64,000 bases of DNA from contig CBDCBL010000009.1 of the NCBI GenBank assembly GCA_965214245.1, positions 210,214 to 274,213 of the forward strand. Direction: 5' to 3'. Of the stretch, positions 1 to 10,279 are shown one piece after another. A program made the translations under genes and the position numbers. The notes under the pieces were generated by a model. That model saw only the letters and a program-made list of their open reading frames with translations, did no database searches and was not told the origin of the DNA. The DNA comes from Acidobacteriota bacterium. GTDB lineage: Bacteria > Acidobacteriota > UBA890. Each line of letters starts with the position of its first letter. Position 1 is the stretch's first letter.

Positions 1-1543
1 CGACGTAGTCCTCATAGCTGGACTCGAGAACGCAACGGATCGCTGTCTCAGGATCAGCCGCAGCGGCCTGCACCCCACGCAACGTGGCGATGAAGCTCTT
101 CCACCCGGGTCGCGCACGAGCGGTAAGGAGCGTGTTCACGTTACCCGTGTCGAGCTCGTCGACCAGCGCCCCGGAATCCCCGGCCGGCCCGCCGACGATC
201 CGCCAGATGCGTTCGGCGGTAACGTTGCCGATACCGGCCTGCAACAACATCACGCGTCGAAAGGCGACTTCGTCCTGTGGGTTCTCCATGAGCCGCAAAT
301 GCGCCACGACGTCCTTGATGTGCGCCTGCTCGAAGAAGCGCAGCCCGCCACGGACCTCGTACGGAATGTCGTAGCGCAGCAACGTGGTCTCGACGCTCAA
401 CCGATGGGCATGAGCGCGGTAGAGCACCGCGATGTCATCGAGGTCGACTCCCTCGTCGCGCAACTGAAGAATGCGCTCGGCGATGAAGGCGGCTTCCTGT
501 TCGGGGTAGCTACACGGCAGCAGCGCCGGCAGCATGCCGTCGGAACGGCGGGCATGCAGCGTCTTGCGGTGCTGTTCGACGTTGTGGTGGATGCTGGCGT
601 TGGTCAACGTGAGGATCTGCGGCGTGCTCCGGTAGTTGGCCTCGAGCTTGAACACTTCGGTTTCGCTGTTGCGTTCCGGGAACCGCAGGATATTGTCGTA
701 GTTGGCGCCGCGGAACGCGTAGATACTCTGCGAATCGTCGCCGACGACCATCAAGTTGCCGCCCGCCTCCCCGGCGGCCAGCGCCTCGACGATCTCCGCT
801 TGTACGATGTTGGTGTCCTGGTACTCATCGACGAGAACGTGCCGGAACTGCTCACCGTAGCGCTGGCGGACGTCGTCGTGCTCGTGGAGGAGCTGCAGCC
901 AGCGCTCCAAAAGGTCGTCGTAGTCCATCGCGTTCGCCGCCTTCTTGCGGGCGACGTAGCGTTCGGCGACCTGGTGGATCGTGTCGCTCCAGTCGAGAAA
1001 GCGACTGTAGCGATCGGCGAGGAGCCCATCGAGCGGCACACGAGTATTGGTGTGCAGCGACAACAGGCCGGCAAGCACGCGGGGCGACGGGAATCGCTTC
1101 TGCTCCACCGGAACATCGAGATCGGTCGTGCACAAGCGCAGGAGGTCGCGCTGATCGCCTTCGTCGAGGATGGAGAAGCTGTCGCTATAGCCGAGCCTGT
1201 CGGCGTGGCGGCGCAGAATTCGCGCCCCAACCGAATGGAAGGTGCCGCCCCACAACCTGTGCGGCTCCAGCTGGGTGAGCTGGCTCACCCTCCCGAGCAT
1301 CTCGCGCGCTGCCTTGTTGGTAAATGTGACCAGGAGGATTCCGGCCGGTGGTATGCCTTGGTCGAGAAGATGAGCCACGCGGTAGGTCAGCGTGCGGGTC
1401 TTGCCGGAGCCGGCGCCGGCGATGACCAGCTTAGGGCCTTCGCCGCAGGTGACCACGGCGTACTGCTGGTCGTTGAGCTCCTTGCGAAAGTCCACGTCGA
1501 CGCTTGCATGGGCCCGCTGCGGAAGTACGAAACGGCGGACCAT
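1..1543 (-). CDS. UvrD/PcrA/Rep-family ATP-dependent DNA helicase (N-terminal ~514 aa in window; C-terminus beyond window start)
   Basis: Minus-strand translation from ATG at 1541-1543 gives MVRRF...QQYAVVTCGEGPKLVIAGAGSGKTRTLTYRVAHLL...LVTFTNKAAREM (Walker A and motif Ia of SF1 helicases); ORF runs off the window edge so it is absent from the ORF track. Confidence 0.8.
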   Translation of the reverse strand, partial: MVRRFVLPQRAHASVDVDFRKELNDQQYAVVTCGEGPKLVIAGAGSGKTRTLTYRVAHLLDQGIPPAGILLVTFTNKAAREMLGRVSQLTQLEPHRLWGGTFHSVGARILRRHADRLGYSDSFSILDEGDQRDLLRLCTTDLDVPVEQKRFPSPRVLAGLLSLHTNTRVPLDGLLADRYSRFLDWSDTIHQVAERYVARKKAANAMDYDDLLERWLQLLHEHDDVRQRYGEQFRHVLVDEYQDTNIVQAEIVEALAAGEAGGNLMVVGDDSQSIYAFRGANYDNILRFPERNSETEVFKLEANYRSTPQILTLTNASIHHNVEQHRKTLHARRSDGMLPALLPCSYPEQEAAFIAERILQLRDEGVDLDDIAVLYRAHAHRLSVETTLLRYDIPYEVRGGLRFFEQAHIKDVVAHLRLMENPQDEVAFRRVMLLQAGIGNVTAERIWRIVGGPAGDSGALVDELDTGNVNTLLTARARPGWKSFIATLRGVQAAAADPETAIRCVLESSYEDYV

Positions 1544-1562
1544 GATCAGCGGCCTGTCCGCA

Positions 1563-3317
1563 CTAGCGGGCAGCTGCCGGAAGCGCCGCGTCCATCAGCG
1601 TCCAAATCGGTCCGGAGGCCTGCAGCAGTCGCATGTGGCGCCAGGTTTCCACCGGGTCCACCGGCAGCCAGGACGTGAAGGTCGGCAGGCGGACCCCCAC
1701 TGTCCGCGCCGAGAAGATGCGTTGAAATTCCTCGAACAACGTCCGGCTGGGCGGATATATCCGAATTGCTACGCGATGCCCCGGCGCGATACCTGCTTCG
1801 GCGCGCGCCGCGATCAGCGCCTCGTGCAGGCCGCCCAATTCGTCGACCAGGCCGCTGTCGGCAGCTTGCTGCCCGGTCCACACGCGGCCGCCGCCCAAGG
1901 CATCGACCGCGTCCGCCTCCATGTCGCGGCCGGCGGCAACAAGGTTGATGAAGTCGTCGTACGTGGCGTGCACGCTGGCGTCGAGAATGTCGGCCTGTTC
2001 GGGGCGCAACGGCGCCGCGTCGGTGAGCAGATCGGCGTTCTCGCCGCGCTTCAACATCTCGTGGTTAATGCCGAGGAGCTTGTACGTTCCTTCCAGGTTG
2101 ATGCGACCCATGACGACGCCGATCGATCCGGTGTAGGTGCCGGGATTGGCGAGCACCCGGGTCGCGTGTGCGGCGATCCAGTAGCCCCCCGACGCCGCCA
2201 CGTCGGACATGCTCACGACGACGGGCTTGCGCTGCGCCGCCAGCTCGATCTCGCGTCCCATCACGTCGGCGGCGGTAACCGCGCCACCGCCGCTGTCGAT
2301 GCGCAGCACGATGGCCCGTACTGTGCTGTCCTCCCGGGCTTCACGGACATAGCGCGCGATCGTCGTTCCTGCCGCCACGTCGGCGCCAAACAGCGAATTC
2401 TCGAACTCGCCGGGAACCATGATGCCGCTGATGTTGATCAAGGCGATGGTGTCCGCCTGCCCGAAGATGTCGCGCAGTCCCGAGCTCTCCGTGGCCCCGA
2501 GGTAATCGCGCACGCTGACCCGCCGCGGCGAGCGGCCGGCAATTTGCACCAGCCGATCGCTGATCTGGTCCCGATATCCGAGCTCGTCGACGAGGCCGTC
2601 GGCGAGCGCCTGGCGCGCCGACACCAGTCCGCGATCAAAAGTCGCTTGGAGCGCCCCGCGCTCGAGGCCGCGATCCGCCGCGACGCCGTCGAGCCACTGG
2701 CCATAAAGGCTGTCGAGCAGGCTGTTGTCCATCTCGCGCTGCGCGTCGGTGAGCTCGCGGTTGGTAAACGAGTGCATGAGTGTCTTGAAAGGACCGCTGG
2801 TGAACACCTCGAACTCGACACCGATCTTGTCGAACAGGTCGCGATAAAACGGCTCCTGCACCAGAAAGCCGAGAATCAGCTGGCCGGTCGGTATCTGGTA
2901 AATCGTGTCGGCGGCGGCTGCCAGGTACATGTCCAGATTGGTGCCGTTCTCCAGCAGGGCAACCACCGGCTTGCCGGTGTTCCGGAAGTGGTGTACCGCG
3001 GCGCGAATTTCTTGTGCCTTGCCGTAGCCGCTGAGAACCGGCCCGATATCGAGAAAGATGGCCGCGACGCGATCGTCCTCCGCCGCCCGACGAATGGCTG
3101 CGTCGATCTCGCGTACGGTCAAGGGGCCGAGGAAGGGCCCGCGTTGGGCCATCTCACCGATGGCGCCACGCAGCGGGATCTCCAGGACGGTGCCGGAGCC
3201 GAGCGTGGCGCTGCCGCCCACCAGCATGCGGTTCAGACCCCACACGAAGACCGTGAAGACGAGCAGGAAGAAGAGAAACGTCGTCAGGAGCCAGAGGCCG
3301 GTGCGTTGGGATGCCAT
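1563..3317 (-). CDS. sppA: signal peptide peptidase SppA (protease IV, 67K type)
   Basis: 584-aa ORF with N-terminal TM segment and two ClpP/crotonase-fold halves typical of long SppA ([13 protein letters not shown]..., AASGGYWIA...). Confidence 0.85.
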   Translation of the reverse strand: MASQRTGLWLLTTFLFFLLVFTVFVWGLNRMLVGGSATLGSGTVLEIPLRGAIGEMAQRGPFLGPLTVREIDAAIRRAAEDDRVAAIFLDIGPVLSGYGKAQEIRAAVHHFRNTGKPVVALLENGTNLDMYLAAAADTIYQIPTGQLILGFLVQEPFYRDLFDKIGVEFEVFTSGPFKTLMHSFTNRELTDAQREMDNSLLDSLYGQWLDGVAADRGLERGALQATFDRGLVSARQALADGLVDELGYRDQISDRLVQIAGRSPRRVSVRDYLGATESSGLRDIFGQADTIALINISGIMVPGEFENSLFGADVAAGTTIARYVREAREDSTVRAIVLRIDSGGGAVTAADVMGREIELAAQRKPVVVSMSDVAASGGYWIAAHATRVLANPGTYTGSIGVVMGRINLEGTYKLLGINHEMLKRGENADLLTDAAPLRPEQADILDASVHATYDDFINLVAAGRDMEADAVDALGGGRVWTGQQAADSGLVDELGGLHEALIAARAEAGIAPGHRVAIRIYPPSRTLFEEFQRIFSARTVGVRLPTFTSWLPVDPVETWRHMRLLQASGPIWTLMDAALPAAAR

Positions 3318-3378
3318 ACCCAGATGCTAGCAGGCTGTGCAGCCGGGGTCAGCGGTGCTCCCGTGCGGGATTGAATCG

Positions 3379-3656
3379 TCAGTACCGCACCGCGAAGCCA
3401 TCGATTTCACCGCGCGGCGTCTCCCAGCGGACTTCGACGTCATCAACGCGCGCCCCCGATGGGGGGGGTGTCCGTGCCCACAGTAGTCGAGAAGCGCCTC
3501 ACAAGCCGATCTCGGGCCCTCTGCGACCGCCTCCACCCTGCCGTCCGGCAAATTGCGCACCCAACCCGAGAGTGCCAGGTCGGCGGCGCGACGCACGGTG
3601 CTGGCGCGAAAGAACACGCCTTGAACGCGACCCCTGACCCGCAGCTCGAGGCGCAC
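3379..3656 (-). pseudogene. acyP: acylphosphatase, interrupted by a frameshift in a G8/C8 homopolymer (3467-3474)
   Basis: GTG start at 3656 gives [48 protein letters not shown]...LLDYCGHG; after the 8-nt homopolymer the conserved C-terminus [28 protein letters not shown] is read in the adjacent frame, ending at TGA 3379-3381. Confidence 0.7.
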
Positions 3657-3673
3657 GGTGACGGGCGGAAGGC

Positions 3674-4087
3674 CTATTGCAGGTCGGTGCGGAACGTCTC
3701 CATCCTGATCTCGCGAGCCGGTCCCCAAATCGAGCTCTGCGTGCCGACTACCAGCGTCAGACTCTTGCGCGCCGCGTTGTCGTCGACAATTTGCCAGCGA
3801 ATGTATCGATCCGGGTCGCCGTTCCACGGATCAATCGAGTAGTTGGCATTCGATCCGACGATCGAGCCGCCGGCAGCGAGGTCGGCATGCGTGAAAGGCA
3901 AGGCGCGCATGATTTCCATTTGCTCGACGCCGGCTGCGGTCAGTTCTGTCATTTCCTGAGCCACCGCCGACGTCTGCACGGCCATCAGCATCATTGGCGC
4001 CACCGCCAACGAGATCAGGCCGACGAGGAACGTGGCCACCAGCACCTCGACGAGGGTGAAACCCGAAGCGTCTGTCTTTCGGATCAT
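3674..4087 (-). CDS. type IV pilin-like / pseudopilin (prepilin-type N-terminal cleavage-methylation domain)
   Basis: [31 protein letters not shown]: class III leader ending in Gly followed by F and hydrophobic helix with E5; ORF track 3674..4117, start taken at second Met. Confidence 0.6.
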   Translation of the reverse strand: MIRKTDASGFTLVEVLVATFLVGLISLAVAPMMLMAVQTSAVAQEMTELTAAGVEQMEIMRALPFTHADLAAGGSIVGSNANYSIDPWNGDPDRYIRWQIVDDNAARKSLTLVVGTQSSIWGPAREIRMETFRTDLQ

Positions 4088-4118
4088 GCGGGTGTTCCTT
4101 ACTGTGAACGATCCCAAC

Positions 4119-5933
4119 CTAGCACACGAATGGTGTACACGTTCGGCGTGCCGGGGGGAAGGTTGGCCGGGGGTCGAGGAAGTCGGTGTCGAAGCCCCAG
4201 TTGCGGATCGGCGCCGTGTAGATGGGGTTGCCGTAGCCCCACGCTCCGGTGGCGATCACCGAGTTCCACAGGTCGACGATGCTGCCCCGGTACAGCAGCG
4301 TGTCGCCACTCCAGCGCTCGATGAAGCGCAGCACGTTCTCGACGCCGCCGTTGTAGGCAACGCCGGGCACCGTGTCGGTGTTGCCCAGCATCAGCGCGGC
4401 GTTCACCGTCGTGCTCCAGGCGTTGCGGTTGTTCATCGATAGCTGGCTGTACTCGAGGTCACCGTCGCCCGCGTCCGTAGTGTCACCGTCGCCGTTCACG
4501 TCGCCCCAGCGGTTCGAGAGGATCGTGATGGCGGCGGCAATGACCGCGGCGCCGACCTTGTTGACGTCGTTGTAGTCGCCTTGGACGTAGGTCGGGTTGT
4601 CGCTCACGACCGTCACCGCGGCGTTCAGCTCGCTGCCATTATGCAGCATGACGCCGAAATGGCTCTCCAGCCCGCCGTTGGCCCAGGGTGGCGTGTAAGC
4701 GCCTCCCGCCCACGGCGGCGCGGGTTGTCCCACGCCGGGAAACCGCCAGCGGGATTGAAGCCACCAGCGTAGACGATGCCGTTGGCCGGCCAGCCCGGGC
4801 TGCGACCGAGTTTCGCCATGTCGATCTTCGTCACCAGGATGAATTTCTGCTCGCGCGGGTCCCAGAAATCCTCCTGCACGATGGCACTGGTCGCCGTGAC
4901 CGGATCGATCAGCGATACGAGGTTGCCGTTGTTCTCGTACCCCTTCCCGTTGATGATCCTCAAGTCGGCCTCGTACCACATCTTGCCGTCGATCTGGCCA
5001 GGCGTGTCGCCCACCAGGCCGGGTTCGATGATCATTCGCGGATTCGTCGGATCGTCGATGGTCATGTTCAACGGCTCGATGCCGTGCTCGGAGCTGCGCA
5101 CGTTGCCGTCCCAGCGGTTCAGCGCGTCGTCGTGCCAGTTCGGGCTGGTGGAGAGTCCAGGCCCGACATTCCCTGGAAGTTGCCGTCGGCATCGCGGATC
5201 TCCACGTCGCCGGCGCTCGTCCCGCCGTTGTTCTTGCGGAAGTTGAAGATGTCACCGGCTGCCGTCATCACCGCGTCGACGGTCAGTGTGTTGCCGCCGT
5301 CGATGTAGATGCTCTGGTTGCTGTGCACGCGACCCGCTAGCCACATGTCCGGTCCCGGCAGAAGCTCTAGGTCTTCCTCGTAGAAGATGGCGAACTGGAA
5401 GATCGGGATGATGTCGAAGTTCGACGTCATCGTGACCGTGGAGGTGCCGACTGGCTCGACGATGGTCGCCGCGGTGGCCGTGACTGTGTAGGGCACGGTG
5501 AGGGCAGTCAGGCCCTGATAGAGTAGCCGCTGGTCAAGGGCGCCTGCGTGAGCGGGCCGCTGGCCGCTACGGTGAATGTTGTGAAGGTGCTGCCTGGCAG
5601 TGGCGGCACGGTGATGGCCGCGAGCTCGGCAGCGGTGAGATGGCGGGACTTGCTCCTGCCCAGCTGGAGGAGCTCGTTGAGGCCGTATTCGGCGCCGCCG
5701 TCGGCGGCGAAGAACGCCTGGTTGGAGCCGCAGTAATGGCCGGTGAGCTCTACCTCGGTGCCGGCGATACGCGCCAGAGTTATGCCCGTCAAGGCGACGA
5801 TGAAGAGCGTTAACATGGTGATCAACAGCGTCATCCCGTCTTCGTTGCACCACGACTGGACGCTGTTCAACCTGCGTTTTCTGTTGTTTCCGCTCATGTC
5901 AAGCCTTCCTCGGTTCGTCCGTTGTCTTGCCAC
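4119..5933 (-). pseudogene. large type IV pilus PilX-N-domain protein (~600 aa), reading frame broken three times by single-base homopolymer indels
   Basis: Four consecutive minus-strand ORFs (5508..5933, 5119..5853, 4625..5101, 4119..5255) each contain a protein-like segment. N-terminus is PilX_N-like (GMTLLITMLTLFIVALTGITLA). Junctions (~5521-5527, ~5130-5140, ~4711-4718) are each restored by adding one C/G to a 2-3-nt run: SIRA-LTALTVPYTV, DSPPA-PNWHDDALNRW, AWDNP-APPWAGGAY. Confidence 0.5.
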
Positions 5934-5934
5934 C

Positions 5935-6742
5935 TTATGAGAGCACCATCGCGCGTGGCGTCATGCGCGTGGTGAGTGTCGTCGAACGTGTTTGATTCGT
6001 GTTCAGCTTGTTGTCTTCGGTCTCGATCTCGAGTGTTATTTCGACCGTCCGGATGCGGAGCTGCATCACCAGGGTGTTCGGGTTGAATTGCACCGCCGGC
6101 AACGAGTCATCCCAATAGATGATGTTGGTTCCGCCGGCCACGACGTTGGTGGCGATCGGCGCAACGGCATTGTTGTCTTCCTGGCGCACCAGCGTGAACA
6201 CGCCGCCGTTGTTCTGCAGGAAGTAGCTGATCGTCATAACTCGAGCCACTGCGGTTCCGTTGGCAACCGTGTACGCCTTTGACGCACCGGTGTGACTGAT
6301 CCGGTCGTTGGCTGCATCGATCGCCGTGATCGTGACGAAGTCGATGGAACCGCCGGAGTCGTACACGGCGAGTTGCATCCCCACCATAAAGCCGGTGACG
6401 TCGTCGACGGAGAAAGCGTCGTTGTTATTTGCCATATCGGCGACGAAGGCGGCCATGATGCCGCCCTGGTTCTGCCGGATGTCGATCCCGCCGTCGGCGC
6501 GCGGGATGATCACGGGGGTCGGCGGCAGTAACCACAACAGGCCGACGCCGGCGATCTGGATATCGCGCTGCATCTGGTCCATGGCGATACGCACCGCCTG
6601 CTGCGTGTCGATGAGCTGCTGGGAATCGCGGTGTATGTCGTTGAGCTCGACCGAGCATGGTCATGGCACCACCGACGACCATCAACGAGACCAACCCGGC
6701 GACCATGAGCTCCAGCAAGTTGGTACCGCTCTCCTCGGCCAT
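5935..6742 (-). pseudogene. type IV pilus assembly PilW-like minor pilin, one frameshift near 6647-6656
   Basis: N-terminal ORF (6425..6835) gives MAEESG/TNLLELMVAGLVSLMVVGGAMTML then nonsense; frame -1 continues VELNDIHRDSQQLIDTQQAVRIAMDQMQRDIQIAG... (ORF 5935..6594); removing one G in ctcGGtc joins them. Confidence 0.5.
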
Positions 6743-6839
6743 CAACCGCGGCAGGCGCGAATTTTCTATCGACTCGCTGATCTTCAAAATGTTTGCCTTC
6801 ATGCCGGAAGCCATCTCTTTGATTGCGTGTGGCACGCCT

Positions 6840-6965
6840 CTTTGGAGCGCCCGTACGTGTTAATCATTAATAGACTCGAAAACATACTATAAGACATAAA
6901 ACTATTTATATCAGCGTGTATAAGTCCTTATAAGTTATAAAAACACAAAGTTGATCAGGCTTTCC
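6840..6965. promoter_or_regulatory. AT-rich (~30% GC) divergent promoter island between the minor-pilin operon (minus) and the Wzy_C gene (plus); three TATAAG direct repeats
   Basis: ttaatcattaatagactcgaaaacatactataagacataaaactatttatatcagcgtgtataagtccttataagttataaaaacacaaag stands out in a 68% GC background; TTGACA at 6967-6972. Confidence 0.4.
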
Positions 6966-7165
6966 TGCTTGCGCACTGTGAAGGGCGTTTGACAAACGAC
7001 CTTCAGCGCCCCTATCCACTAGACCACAAATTACCTGCCCCGCGAAACGCCGAAAGCACGTCTTTTCACGCAGCCCGGCCTTCTACCCAGGAGACTTCCG
7101 GTCGCCTTGGCCTGCCCCCACACAACGGCTATCGTTGCCCTGACCGGGAGGCTGTTTCCGTTGCC

Positions 7166-8449
7166 ATGAGTGCGTCCGTGCCGCGTTCCGTTACCGAGCA
7201 GTTGCTGTGGATTTCCGGCGGCATGGCGCTCATATGGACGCTCTCCATGCCGCTGTCGGTGGCCGTCGCCGAGGCGGCGCTGTGGCTATCGGCGGCGCTG
7301 TGGGCCGTCGCCTGGTTGCGGCGCGAGCTCGGGCCGAATGGCGCCGAACCGCCCGCCGCGCCGGGGCCGGCGGGTGACGCTCTGGGCCTGGTGGGCGCCC
7401 CCATCATCGTCTTCTTCGCCGTTTCCTTGCTCTCCGCGGCCCTGTCGCGCGACAGCGTGGCCAGTGTCCTGGAGCTGCGCGAGCTATTTTTGTTCGCGGC
7501 GCCGCTGGTGACCTGGGCGACGTTCCGCGACGCGGCGGCGCGAGACCGCGGGCGCCTCATGTTCGGCATCGGCATCTTCGCGTGCACCGCCATGGGCTTG
7601 GCGCAAACGTTCGTGCATTTCGGCGACGCGATGTTCCGGCCCACAGGATTCCTCGGCCACTGGATGACCTTCTCGGGAATGCTGTTGATCGGCGTACCCC
7701 TGCTCCTCACGATCCGCTGTGGCGCGCGGCGCTACGCCGCACAAGCCGCGGCGGTATTGGCTGTCGGGATGATCGCCCTCACCATGACCCGCAGCGCTTG
7801 GATCGGCTGTGCCGTTGCCCTGGTCGTCTTCTTTGCGAGCGGGCGAGTGCGCGGCCTGGAGCCCTCCGAAACGGCGCAACCGCCTCGTCTCCGCCCCGCC
7901 CTCTACGGCATGACGTTGCTCATCGGCATCATCATCGTGGCGTTGCTGGTGGGTGCGATTGCCGGGCCTGATGCTCTCTTCAATCGCGCTGCCAGCATCT
8001 TCTCGATGAACGCGCCAAGCAACGTCGATCGCCTGGCAATGGCGGCAACCGGTCTGCGGATCATCAGGGCCTACCCGTACTTCGGCATCGGACCGGGCCT
8101 GGTTGGCGAGGTGTACTCCGCGTGGGTCGTCGATTGGGGGGTACGTGACGACAATCCGCATCTGCACAACAACATCATCCAGATCGCCGCCGAGCGGGGG
8201 CTGGTGGGTCTGGCCGCCTGGCTGTGGATGATGGCGGCACTTCTGGTGGTCGCCTGGAGGGTGTTACGCGCCGTGGGTCCGGACGGCGAAGGAGGACCGG
8301 AAGCGCGAGCCGCTCTCGCAGCCCTGCTCGGCTTCCTGTCCATGGGGATGTTCGAGTACAACTTCAGCGATTCTGAAGTCCTGATGGCCCTCCTGTACGT
8401 CGCCTCGCTACCGTTGGCGGCTAGTGCGGGGATGGGGAGGAAGACGTAG
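7166..8449 (+). CDS. O-antigen ligase family (Wzy_C) polytopic membrane protein; candidate pilin O-oligosaccharyltransferase (PglL/PilO-like) or WaaL
   Basis: Roughly 10 predicted TM helices, MTRSAWIGCAVALVVFFA and a periplasmic loop typical of Wzy_C; ORF track starts at TTG 6989 but first ATG with membrane start is 7166; divergent from the pilin operon. Confidence 0.65.
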   Translation: MSASVPRSVTEQLLWISGGMALIWTLSMPLSVAVAEAALWLSAALWAVAWLRRELGPNGAEPPAAPGPAGDALGLVGAPIIVFFAVSLLSAALSRDSVASVLELRELFLFAAPLVTWATFRDAAARDRGRLMFGIGIFACTAMGLAQTFVHFGDAMFRPTGFLGHWMTFSGMLLIGVPLLLTIRCGARRYAAQAAAVLAVGMIALTMTRSAWIGCAVALVVFFASGRVRGLEPSETAQPPRLRPALYGMTLLIGIIIVALLVGAIAGPDALFNRAASIFSMNAPSNVDRLAMAATGLRIIRAYPYFGIGPGLVGEVYSAWVVDWGVRDDNPHLHNNIIQIAAERGLVGLAAWLWMMAALLVVAWRVLRAVGPDGEGGPEARAALAALLGFLSMGMFEYNFSDSEVLMALLYVASLPLAASAGMGRKT

Positions 8450-8559
8450 GGGAGATTCGCGGCGGGGTGGAATGCTCCGATTTGTTTGAATACCCGCCGC
8501 CCTCCCCCTCCGGAAGTCGCGTTCCGCGTCTTCCCGGCCCGCTTTTCCACAGGTGTGAG

Positions 8560-9126
8560 TCAGGCGCCGGCCAACCCTAGCTCGCCAGCAATCCCCTGCA
8601 ACGCAGTCAGCACATGCTCGACGTGCTCGTCCATCGGCATGTCGATCTCGGCGGCGGCGGCGCGCAGGTGGTCGCGGTCGACGGCGCGGCAGAATGCCTT
8701 GTCCTTGAACTTCTTGGTGATCGACTTGACGGGTAGGTCGAGCAGGCTCTTGGTCGGGCGGATTAAGGCGCAGGCAACGATGAAGCCCGACAGCTCATCG
8801 ACGGAGTAGAGGGCCTTGGCCATCGGTGTCTGACGCGCGACGCCGGTGTGGTCGGCGTGGCCGAGAATCGCATCGACGATCTCGTCCGGGTAGTCGAGCA
8901 AGCGCAGAATCTCAGCGCCGGCAAACGGGTGCTCCTCGAGTGACGGGTGCTCCTCGTAATCGAAGTCGTGGAGCAAACCGGTCACACCCCACAGAGCCGC
9001 ATCACCGTCGAACCGCTCGGCGTAGTATCGCATCGCGGCCTCGACGCACAGCGCGTGCTTGACGAGATTCGGGTTCTTGGTGTGCTCCGTGAGCAACGTG
9101 TAGCACTGCTCGCGGGTGGGTGTCAT
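8560..9126 (-). CDS. HD-domain phosphohydrolase (HDIG-like)
   Basis: 188 aa with H...HD...H...D metal-binding pattern (HALCVEAAMRY, LLHDFDY, GHADHTG). Confidence 0.7.
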   Translation of the reverse strand: MTPTREQCYTLLTEHTKNPNLVKHALCVEAAMRYYAERFDGDAALWGVTGLLHDFDYEEHPSLEEHPFAGAEILRLLDYPDEIVDAILGHADHTGVARQTPMAKALYSVDELSGFIVACALIRPTKSLLDLPVKSITKKFKDKAFCRAVDRDHLRAAAAEIDMPMDEHVEHVLTALQGIAGELGLAGA

Positions 9127-9133
9127 CGGCCTG

Positions 9134-10165
9134 CTAGGCGCCGGGTACGATGCCGCCGAGTGGGTTCTCCAGATTGATCACCACGGAGCCGTTCAACGAC
9201 ATGATGCCGAAGCCCTCGACGATTGCCTGAATATTGCCGTCTTCGGCGAGCTGACGCAGCTCGGCCGGCGTCCTGTTGCGCAGGGAACCGCGCACGATGA
9301 CACACTCGCCTTCGAGCCGGTCGAGGCCCCAGCGCCACTCCGAGAGCAGCCGCTGGTTGTAATAAACCTGGGCACGACGACCTTCCTCGTCCTCGACGAT
9401 AAAGTACGGAGCCAGCTGTAGTGTCTGCCAACCGACGAGGCGGACGCCGTGCAAATCGATGAGCCCGCCCTGCAGGCGGTTGACGGTTTGAATGTAAAAT
9501 GTATCGTCAGACAGGTCGGCCAGCAATGCCGGCGTACCGGCGGGGTGCACGCCGGAAGCCAAACGCAGTTCACCCGTCTCGACGTACGGAACCGTGATCT
9601 CGGCACCGTTGGCGATGATCTTCAGCTGGTCGAGCTCGTCGAGCTCATCCTTGCTGAAACGTTCTTCCTGTTCGGAGGTGAGAGTCGGCTCGAGCGGTAT
9701 CCAGCCGAGACCGGATTCGAAAAGGCCGAAAACCCGGAGGGCAACCTGCTGCCCCTCGCTGAGCTCCAACAGGTCCATGTTGTCGCCGGCGATGAGAATG
9801 TCGGTGAGTGGGGTGTCGGCTTCGTCACCGATCATCCCTGGGGCCGGGCAGGCGCCAACGTTGGATCCGCTGCCTGCGGAGCCTGATTCGGAGGTCAACG
9901 TGATCGAGTCGGTGTCGATGTGCTTGACGGTCAAGCCTTCGAGGACGACCTCGATGCTCGAGGGCGGAGCGCCCAGCGAACGAAGCATCGGTTCACGCGG
10001 ATGGCTCGGGTTGTCCATGTACGCTGGCAGCGTCATGACCTGCGGGTCTTCCTTCAGGTAGTAGTTCTGCCAGTAAGGAATGGCCATCACGTAGTACGCG
10101 AAGGCCGATGCCAGAATCAGGAGCGCCCAGTTGAGGGGATCCCTGAGAGTGTTCTTAAGAGCCAT
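9134..10165 (-). CDS. hypothetical membrane-anchored protein (N-terminal TM, acidic extracytoplasmic domain)
   Basis: 343-aa ORF, protein-like composition, 8-nt gap to the downstream HD gene (operon); no family recognised. Confidence 0.5.
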   Translation of the reverse strand: MALKNTLRDPLNWALLILASAFAYYVMAIPYWQNYYLKEDPQVMTLPAYMDNPSHPREPMLRSLGAPPSSIEVVLEGLTVKHIDTDSITLTSESGSAGSGSNVGACPAPGMIGDEADTPLTDILIAGDNMDLLELSEGQQVALRVFGLFESGLGWIPLEPTLTSEQEERFSKDELDELDQLKIIANGAEITVPYVETGELRLASGVHPAGTPALLADLSDDTFYIQTVNRLQGGLIDLHGVRLVGWQTLQLAPYFIVEDEEGRRAQVYYNQRLLSEWRWGLDRLEGECVIVRGSLRNRTPAELRQLAEDGNIQAIVEGFGIMSLNGSVVINLENPLGGIVPGA

Positions 10166-10279
10166 CTGATGATCCTCAGTTCAGTAAACGCGCAAGATTT
10201 CCCCCGCAAAACGGGCCGATTATAGCTGCACAAGATCCAACCTGTCGAGCACATGCGAAACCGATTCTGCCAGGCGCAC

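Noticed and set aside
299-1678. 459-aa plus-strand ORF; similarly 13476..15476 (666 aa), 59092..60162 (356 aa), 45404..46666 (420 aa) and many others
   Set aside because: Antisense shadows of real genes in a 68% GC genome (Val/Asp/Arg/Leu-rich, no motifs). The opposite strand carries clear UvrD, VWA protein, HcrA and CoxL genes respectively.
6826-6845. sigma-54-like TGGCACGCCTCTTTGG near the pilin operon start
   Set aside because: Spacing and -12 element (TTTGG vs TTGCA) do not fit GG-N10-GC. It lies inside the PilW-like coding start and points away from the pilin genes.
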